DNA of 59,602 nt, counting the filler, from Jimgerdemannia flammicorona (taxonomy: Eukaryota), in NCBI GenBank assembly GCA_003990765.1. It is 2 parts of 2 records of this genome, joined end to end, with 100 filler letters (N's around TTAATTAATTAA, not from the genome) between each part and the next. Parts side by side here need not be neighbours in the genome. Positions count along the whole stretch, not along the records: positions 29,873 to 59,602 come from RBNJ01000473.1; 1 more part is not named here. One strand, 5' to 3'. The notes under the pieces were generated by a model. That model was not told the origin of the DNA. It ran no database searches and worked only from the letters and a program-made list of their open reading frames with translations. Positions within the stretch are counted from its first letter, which is position 1. Each line of letters begins with the position of its first letter. Of this stretch, positions 50,027 through 59,602 are shown piece by piece. The position numbers were made by a program, and so were the translations under genes.

Positions 50027-52724
50027 ATCTATAGATAGCTTAGCAGTCATAGTATAGTTAGATTAGTCTTATATGATGTGATTGTGAACTGACTCAGCAG
50101 TCAGATGATCTCTTGACATTTCAGATCACACTTATACTATATGACTGCATTCTGACTTAGCAAAGCACTAAGTACTACATCTATATCTAGCATAGTCCAG
50201 ATAGCCCCTTACTAGTATAAATACCCCCTCTTCCAGACCTCAGAATCTCAGACTTGAACAGACTCAAATACACAAGAACAATCCTGAACACTTCTTCACA
50301 ATATCTCTTTATACAACTACATACTCCTAGTATAGCAATATCATGAATAACAAATAAACCTATTTAACAATCTATCAACCACTCTTAAGTAAATCTGCTC
50401 CCTATTAGGTCCTACTCCTAACTCCATCACAAAATTTCCTAATTAGGTATTGTCTGCAGCGATATACCAATTCAACTAAGCTGGTCTTAGTTTTTTAAAC
50501 TTCTTGAAATATGGAAAATCCTAAATATCCAGAGCTAGTCCAAAAAAGGACTTTGGTTGAGACATCAACCCAATCTTGAAATCAATAAGCATAGAGGACA
50601 TACTCTATATGAAATTGATCTTGATCTTAAGAAAACAGTCTTCCAGAATATTCAGAACTTCTAAAAAACCCTTCCAGAACTAAGTAATGATTACCCTAAA
50701 AAGCAACCCTCTTACAACTTGGTAGTAGTGGTTTACAATCCAATTCTGCTTCAAGATGCTTTCTCACCCCACTATAAATCCCTCTGCGAATTCCTATAAG
50801 TTAGTATAAAGCCCAACCTCTGAACTGGAATTTATCCTGAACTATCTGACAATCTGGAGAGAATTGAACTTGACATACAAGGACAATTTGACCTCTATAC
50901 CTGCAACAAGTGAGACAAACTTCACTCAAAGAAAGAAGTACTCTGATTAAACCAGCAGATAGATGAAACCCTATTTACCAAACTCCTTGCACTACACCCA
51001 GCAAGTCAAGATGAAGAAGGTCTTATTGAAGCCTTCTTTATCCTTCTCAATAAGAGTTTTATCAGCTCCACAAATTCAAGTACCTAGGACAACCAGCAGC
51101 AGTCTTTCTAGTCTTAGTCTCTTATGAAGCCCAAGCCTCTATAGCTAAGTGGCTCAACTCTACCAACTTTCACCATACCAGAACCAAGACCACATTATAC
51201 TACCAATTCCAGAACAGCAAGACCCAACATATTCTTAAAGAAGAAGCAAGAGAAACTCTTCATCAACTACCCAATCCCAAACCAGAAACAGGCTCTACTA
51301 TAGCTCTACCTGAACCTGAAACCAATACTGAACCAGAACTTGACTTTGAATTAAGTCTATCTGAAATCAGATATACAACTGATTCTGTCTACTTTGATAC
51401 TGAGCAAACCCAATTACATGGGAACCAAACTGAAGAGGAGGAGAGTATCTCAGTGAATTCAATCCCAGATACACCACTGAAGGAGATGCACCTCTATCAG
51501 ACCAGAACATACCTACATAGCAACAAACAGCTATCTATCGAGCCCTTACTCCAGACCCACAACTACTACTCCAGCAACTTACACAGACTCAAAGAACTCC
51601 ATCACACTCTGCACTAGTACCTCAAGTAGTACCAGTAACACTACTACCAGCAGTCCAACTGTCTCTAGTAAACAATATGGTAAACTAATAGATTCTAGAT
51701 CTCATAGTCCAGGTAGCAATAATGGCAGCAACCATTACTGCCCTAGCTGAACAGACCCAACCTACTAAAAATCTGAGCCTACCTACCTTCAATGGTACTG
51801 CACAAGAAGTCCAAAGCTTCATTAGTATAGTTGACACCAACTTTGAAGCCAATCAATGGACCAATGAGCAAGTTGCTGACCACTTTCTGATAAACAATCA
51901 AGACCACATTCTGGAATAACTCTTTACTACCACTACAGCCTATATCTGCCAAGTTGTTACATTCTTCCAAGAACCTACTGAAGAATGGTAGTGAACCTTT
52001 CCTGAAAAATCCCTTACATAGAACACCTGACCTACAGTAGTTGCTCAAAATACAGCAAACAATGCCCCAGAATATAGAGCTCATCCTAGTCCCTGGACTG
52101 AAACAACTCATAATTGCCTAATACCACAGCAAAACTATGATTGCTGAATCTCAAGTAAAACTCTGCAACCTCAAATTCGATATATATGGTAAGGAAGAAT
52201 TTGAAACCTTCTGTACAAAACTCAAGTCACTCCTGAACACTGTTGGCCTAGGATATATTGCCAATGATGAAGCATGAAATGGTACAAGAGCAGACTATCT
52301 ATTTGATGTACTGTCTGAATGGCTTACTAGAAAAATCTGAGAACAAGGCCATCCAGTTGGTTGTGATCACCAACAATGATACCTGATAAGAATCAAGACT
52401 ATGGTTAAGTGAATCCTAACAGCTGGACCAATTCTGCCCTGAAGACAATTCAACAACAAGGAAAAGACTTGGACCAAGAAAGAAGAACCTAAGCATGAAG
52501 CATCTTGAGCTCCCTCTATATCCACTCAGAAATCATGAACCCACCCAGCTGAGTACCTTCAAGAAATTCACTGAAGGAGAAAGAAATGAACTTTGAAGAA
52601 GTGGAGTATACTTCTATTGCTGAAAGACAAGACATATGGCCAGTGCCTGCCCTAACTGAAAACCCCAAACAGCAACATGAGCAACTGTTACTACTCTGCA
52701 CCATCTCAATAACCTGACCACCAA

Positions 52725-53140
52725 AACTCTGGACTTTGTCAAGTTAAGGCAAACTGCCAAGGCCCCAATCAAAGAAAGTCAAAAAGCAGCTAGATATGAT
52801 CTGTATACAGCTGAAGAAGCTACAGTCTCCAACCAAGAAGTCAAGCAAGTCTACATAGGAATCAGCATCCAAATTCCTGAAGGATATATTGGAAGAATAT
52901 GCTGTCACAGCAGCCTAGCATTGAAAGAACTCTCAGTAGAAGGAGGAGTCATTGATGAGAATTATACAGGCAAAATTATTGTCCTCATTCAAAACCATAG
53001 TTGAATACCCTTCAAGATCTCCATTGGTTTCTGCATTGCTCAGATCCTATTTGAGAAAATTGAGTCAACTCTGACAGTCAAGGAAGTCTCTAAACTACTA
53101 CTTACTATCTAAGGATCCAAAGAATTTAGCTCATCAAACA
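52725..53140 (+). pseudogene. Retroelement dUTPase located upstream of protease in element 4
   Basis: AARYDL, GISIQIPEGYIGRI, SSLA, GGVIDENYTGKI, IAQILF, decayed RG..GFGSS. Confidence 0.9.
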
Positions 53141-56100
53141 AGGCTCCAGCCCAACCTATTATGAACAATTCTACAAGAAAATCAAAGATGGATATATACC
53201 AAGTGGCCAATATCCTCATGATATTAGAATGACTCTTCTCAAATAATTGATGATTGCTTCTCTTGTGTCAATGAATTGGCTTAAAGAAGAACCAACAGAA
53301 GGAAAGCTACTATAATCAAAATTACTACTATTGGATCAGACAAACTGCTTACACTTCAAGCTTTCGTCAATTGAGCATCTGTTAAGATTATGATAGACAG
53401 CAGTACCTCAGGCAATTTTATCAATAAAGAAACAGCCAATAGACTCAAGATCTTCACCTCTCCAGTACAACAAACTCAAGCAATTACCACAGCTAATAGA
53501 ACCTCACATGTTATCAGCAAGGAAGTCTGCAATCTATCCTTCCAAATTGGTGACTACTGAGTACATGTTACTCTCCAGATTATACCACTCCCTGACAATG
53601 AAATTATTCTTGGAACCCCATGGTTAAAACAAGAGAACCTCATGATCGATTGGGTAAACCATTCCCTGACCATCAAGAAAGGATGCTACAACTTCAAACT
53701 GCAAGGTGAAAAGAACCCACTCAACTCCAGTGATCCTGGACCAAAGATCACTCATATCAACAAGCTACAACTCAAGAAATTGGCTAAGAAATGCCCTCTC
53801 TTTGCCATCTCTATCTGTCTATCCAAAGAAGAACTCGAGAACTCTGAAGAAGACTTTTCAAAAGTTGACAGCTGTGTCAGACCACTACTTTAGAAATTCC
53901 AAGATATATTTCTAAAGAAACTTCTGAAAGGCCTACCTCCTAAACAAGCAGTAGACCATACCATCAAGACCATCCCAGATGCCAAGCCAGTCTTCAAGTC
54001 AATCTACCACATGTCACCGAGAGAAATTGATGCACTCAAGAAAGAAATTGATAAACTCCTAGAACAAGGATTCATCAGACCCAGTGTATCACCCTATGGT
54101 GCACCAGTCCTCTTCATTATAAAGAAAGGAGGAGACCTGCGAATGTATATTGATTACTATGACCTTAATGAACAGATTATCAAAAACTATTGCCCACTAC
54201 TCAGAATTGATGAAATATTCGATAGACTCACCAATCTGCAATTTATGAGCTCTTTTGACCTGTGAAATGGTTCCTGGCAAATTGCTATGAAAGAAGAAGA
54301 TATCTACAAGACAGCCTTCTGAACCCACTATGGACACTTCAAGTTCCTGGTTATACCTTTCAGCTTAACTAATGCTCCAGCAACCTTCCAGATATTGGTG
54401 AATACCATTCTGCACCCATACCTGAATAAATTCGTTGTTGTCTATATTGATGACATTCTAGTCTTCAGCAAAACCCTGGAGGAATATCTTGAATACCTTG
54501 AACTAGTACTACTGAAACTCTGAGAAAACCAACTCTTTGCAAAACTCAGTAAGTGCGAATTTCTCCTGAAAGAAATCCAATTTCTTGGATACATTGTTAT
54601 ACTGAATGGAATCAAAGTGGACCTCAGCAAAATCTCTGCAATCAAGGATTGGTCCAGACTCAAGAAACTGAAAGACCTCTAGTTATTTCTGGGATTAGCA
54701 AACTATTATAGATGATTTGTTGCCAACTTTGCCAAAATTGCCACTGCCCTCACCCAAATGACCAGTATAGTAAGAAAGAAGAATAGCCCTGAACCATGAA
54801 ATAGGAGAAAGACTTCAACAATCTTGTAAATTGGGGACCCAAGCAAGATACTACCTTTCAAGCACTGAAGTATGCCCTGATAACCACTCCAGTACTTCAA
54901 GTAGCAAACCCTGCCCTACCATATAAAGTTACTACTGATACCTCTGACCTAGCCCTTAGAGCAGTGCTCATACAAGAAGGACACCCTGTGGCCTATCACT
55001 CCTACAAATTCAATGATACTGAAATCAACTATACAACTCACAAGAAGGAAATGCTAGCCATTGTAGATACTCTGATCAAATAGTGACCATACCTAAAAGG
55101 AGCATACTTTACTATATTGACTGACCACAAGTCATTAGTCAACATCAAGACACAGACTACTCTTTCTCGAAAGCAAGCCAGATAGATGAAAGTTCTTACC
55201 AACTTTGACTACAAAATTCAGTATCGCTCTGATAAGAAAAACATTGTTGCCAATGCAATCTCCAGACCACCTATTGAAGAAGTTATCCAAATTCTTACCT
55301 TGGTTACCAAACACTATCATGGAACAAATTATCGCAGCATGTACTGATGATAAGGAAGCTCAAGCACTCTGAGAAATTCTGAGCAGTGATAATGCTGACA
55401 AGTATATCTGGTACAACTAATACCAACTGAAGGACAATGCTATCTACTACAAGGACGACTGTATGTCCCAAACAACCAAGACCTCTGAAGGACTATCCTA
55501 TTTGAATGTCATGATGCTCCTACAGCTAGATATTTAGGATTTGACAAATACTATGAAGTTATCTCCTAAAACTTCTATTGGTCCTATACTATCCACAGCC
55601 TTTTACCCTGAAACTGATGGCCAAACTGAAAGAATGAACTGAACTCTGGAACAAATAGTAAGGAACTATGTTTTCTACAGATAAGATGATTGGCATAAAT
55701 ACCTCACTGCAGTTGAGTTTGCCTACAACAACAGTAAGCAAGTCTCTCTTGGAATGACCCTATTCTTTGCCAACACTGAACAAAACCCAAACACCCCTCT
55801 GACACTTATCCGAACCACCAATGAACTCTCTACAGTTGAAGCTGTTGAAGAATTCCTGCTCTGAATACATAATCTAAGCCAGATTGCAATTGAGAATTTA
55901 TCATGAGATTAAGAACAATAGTTACAGTATATTAACCAATACCACCAAGAAGAAACCTTTGATATTGGAGAAAAAGTTCTACTAGACATCCAAGGATACT
56001 GAGTTGACAACCTCAAGCACAAACTATCTATAAAGCTAAATAGCAAGTTTATTGGACCATTTGAAGTTATTGCATAAGTCTCTCTGACCTCTTACAAATT

Positions 56101-57120
56101 AGCACTACCAGACACCATTAAGATTTACCTAGTCTTCAATTGTTCAATGTCTCAAGTGATATAATGAAAATAATGATGAGCTATTCTCAAACTAGACCAC
56201 TGAACCACCTATACCTGTCATTATTAATAACCAAGAAGAATACGAAGTTAAACAAATTCTCAACAAATGTGGCTATAAGAATTGCCCTGAGTATCTTATC
56301 AAATAGAAAGGTTATCCAATCTATGATGCAACTTAAGAACCTAAGACCAACCTCCAGAATGCTACTGACTTAGTTCAGAAATATGATTTCTTGAATAACT
56401 AAATCTGAATACTCTACACCTATCAGTACATACTATATATTACTCTCCTGAACATTATAATCATCACAAACAAAATCAAGAACTTAGCAAGTTAAGACAA
56501 AAGAATACCAACTCTCTGAAAACATAACAAAACTGAAAATAAGTCTATTCTCCCTATACCACTGATGGGAAACAAGACATAGACATTAAAGAAGATTCTT
56601 TAGAAAAAATTCTCCAGCAGTAAATGACATCAGAATCACTTCTGGCACACAGCATTGAACATATGATCTTTTAATGTATGAATCCAATGTATTAGGCAAC
56701 TGTACTATAAGCATACTACTTTCTGAGAAAAATGGACTTCACTGGACTTTTGATCTCCCAAATGGTATAACAATACTAAAACAAATTAAAAGACCCTAAT
56801 GAGGATATCGAAAGCTAAGAAGGGGAGAGTTGTAAGCACACAACCTCTAAGCTACCAAAATCACACATCACCCTCTGAACAAGCCACTGAAATCACATGC
56901 AACCTCTAAATAAATCTGGAAATCACCTGTAAGATCATGAAGCTGAGTCAAACCAAAGTCACAGTGTACAAAGCTGAGTCAATACAAAGTCACAGAACAC
57001 AAGATTTACACAAACAAAATCTTACTAATCAGGACTAAACACATATATACTGAGCACCGAGATACATCAAAATAGAGAACCAAAACAAACAACAATTATA
57101 ACTTCTGAATACACACAAAT

Positions 57121-58219
57121 ATGACCACCAAGATCTATAACTACATCCATGCTGACATTTGGAATATCATTGTCAACTGAGCCACACCCCCTCTGCCCCT
57201 CATGAATATCCATAGCCTAGCACCCCTCTACTTTATAGAAGCCTAATGGAATGCTCTGAACATGCTTAATGAGACCCACTGAATTAGACAAATCTCAAGC
57301 TACTATCAGATCAGCTATCTCCTGAAAGATATGGTCAAACACTACCATAATACAGACATTACTCAGATATCTCAATACCAGAAACTCATTATTCACAAAT
57401 ACTGAGAACTCTTCTATGAGTACAGTACCTTTATTCTCTGTCTCCGAGTTACTACTAGCAAAATGGTTACTATACTGTTCTATGGCCAAATTGATGACAT
57501 GATACAAGAACTCAACCACAAGTATCTTGAGTATGTCCAGACTACAGATATAACCTTCCCACATCCTGATGACCACATCCTACAAATGCCTCAAGTTGAA
57601 TATGCTATGAAGGATGTCTATGATATAATTCACTTTGATGAAGATGAAGCAGAAGACAATGACCCCTCTGATGCCGACATGACCTCAAGCCAAGGATCTC
57701 TGCTAACTCTGATAATACTGCCAACCTTGCCAATGAACTTACAATAGTTCATAACCACCTATGAGACCTATTGGGACAATGACCACTGGCACAAATACTA
57801 ATCTGCATTTACTCCTGATTACTTCAACTACAATAAAGAGACTGGAGAACACAACCTGTACCTCCAGACAACCCTTGAGATTGAACCAACCACTCCACCA
57901 CCCAAGTATGAGTGACATGAACCACAGCTGCCAGCTTACTATAACCCTGCGATTCATAGTGCTGTAACCTATAGAAGATATGTAGACAGTGAATCTGATG
58001 AAAGCAAAAGATGATGTACCCCTCCTTCACTCACCAACTCCATACCCAGCATATGAGACAGATGATACTATCCTATGGGATAGTAACAAAGTCTCAATAT
58101 ATTATTACCTCAGTGAACAAGGAGAAGTAATCCATGAACTACTCTTCCTAGATGACTACTTCATCAGAGATGATGCCATTAATGGTGATATTATTGAAGA
58201 CTACCCAGATAGTGTCTAA
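57121..58219 (+). pseudogene. ~365-codon ORF inside the 3' LTR of element 4
   Basis: MTTKIYNYIHADIW...SYYQI.YLL...ELFYEY...QIDDMIQEL...PPPKY...LPAYY...IIEDYPDSV*; one 1-nt insertion near 58005 that is absent from the 5' copy. Confidence 0.72.
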
Positions 58220-58798
58220 ATCTATAAATAGCTTAGCAGTCATAGTATAGTTAGATTAGCCTTATACAACATAACTGTAAACTGACTCAGCAGTTAGACA
58301 ATCTCTTGATATGTCAGATCACACTTATACTATATAACTGTATTCTGACTCAGTAAAGCACTAAGTGCTACATCCATATCTAGTATAGTCTAGATAGCCC
58401 CTTACTAGTATAAATATCCCCTCTCCCAGACCTCAGAATCTCAGACTTGAATAGACTTGAACACACAAGAATAATTCTGAATACTTCTTCACAATATCTC
58501 TCTATACAACTACTCCTAGTATAGCAATATCATAAATAGCAAATAAACCTATTTAACAACCCACCAACCACTCTTAAGTAAATCTGCTCCCTGTTAGATT
58601 CTACTCCTAACCCCATCACAAAATTTCCTAATTGGGTATTATCTACAGTAATATACCAATTCAACTAAGCTGGTCTTAGTTTCTTGAACTTCTTGAAATA
58701 CAGAAAATCCTGAACATCCAGAACTAGTCCAAAAAAGAACTTTGGTTGAGATGTCAACCTAATCTTAAAATCAATAAGCATAGAGGATATACTCCATT

Positions 58799-59602
58799 TG
58801 TAATGGGGCCCTCTGGCTTTGGCGAGCTTCTTGGTGAGTGCAGTTCTGATATAAGTGACTGTTTTTTGGGTGTTGTTAGGATGGGGGGGGGAGATGGCCA
58901 TCACAGATAGGAGGAAGGGCAATAATGGTGAACCAGTAGGGTGCCAGGCTGGGGGTGATTATTGGGATTGAGGCAGGTGCTGCTTTGGTGGGGCCTTTTG
59001 ATTGGTGCAGCACAGTTAGGTAGTAGGTATCACTCTCAGCTTCTTTTGGCAGTCAGTGGGGTTGGGCCCCAGTCATCAGGGGGAATCAGGGGGCCTAAGG
59101 CTACCTATTTCAGACATCTTGGCTGCACTCAACTAGAACCAGGAGCTGATATGGCAATATGATCGAGGCCTGCAGGCTTGAGTAGTGGGGTATTGGGGGT
59201 TTCCTCCTACCTCATATGTAAGTTCTTTACTTACCTTAACTGGAAGAACTAGGCCCTACCCACTGTGTTGTGCTTTGATGAGAGTTTTTCTTTGCCTGTT
59301 ATTCTCTTTGGGATGGCAGGAGCTATTTTATTCAGCTCGAGTATGGCCTTATATATATGTTGGGTGCACTTTCAGTCATTGATATATGGTTGGATTTTCC
59401 CTGGTAGTAGGGAGAGCATGGTGTACAGAATGAGGTGCAGGCCAACATAGACCCTACTGTGCCTAGCATGGTTGAGCTACTGGATAATAGCTAGCCTAAG
59501 TTAATGGGGGGGCAGTACTTAGTGGGTGGTGGGGGAGGGTTTTGGCCTATATAGTCTAGGTTCTCTTCTAATAAAAATCTATAGGACATGAGTCCATTAA
59601 AA
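58799..59602. mobile_element. Further insertion (probable LTR end) interrupting the 3' LTR of element 4; continues beyond the window
   Basis: LTR homology stops abruptly at 58798; the new CpG-poor sequence begins TGTAA, like other LTR termini here. Confidence 0.55.

Larger units (their letters stand above)
48640..58798 (+). mobile_element. Chromovirus-type Ty3/Gypsy element 4 with ~2.08-kb LTRs; gag-dUTPase-PR-RT-RH-IN(internally deleted)-chromodomain
   Basis: LTRs 48640-50716 and 56831-58798 (3' copy interrupted); PBS-like TGGTAG at ~50720; PPT AAGAAGGGGAGAG ~56817-56829; gag LPTFNG; protease MIDSSTSGNFI; RT SPYGAPVLF, YIDDIL; IN DGQTERMN; chromodomain EYEVKQIL...YLIK*KGYP...T*EP. Confidence 0.95.

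Overview
Eukaryotic, intron-rich fungal DNA. Gene style and retroelement types suggest an early-diverging fungus such as Mucoromycota; this is inference. An artificial 100-nt spacer (N44-TTAATTAATTAA-N44, 29773-29872) splits the window, so the two halves may not be physically adjacent. The left half is mostly genic. It holds a DUF4097-like gene, glycine cleavage T protein (GCV1), two inverted paralogous units encoding an atypical Zn2Cys6 finger, an ERF4-like membrane protein with PY motifs, an apparently intact SAM + USP7-UBL chimeric gene, a decayed Ty3/Gypsy element carrying a hAT MITE, a class I methyltransferase and a FUSC/ArAE-type transporter. The right half is a nested transposon graveyard: dUTPase-bearing Gypsy elements, an L1-like LINE, a pogo-like DDE relic and a chromovirus with 2-kb ORF-containing LTRs. 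All of these show strong C-to-T/G-to-A decay. The most notable signal is an unannotated accessory protein family that appears to be shared by two distinct LTR retrotransposon lineages, each of which carries dUTPase at a different position.
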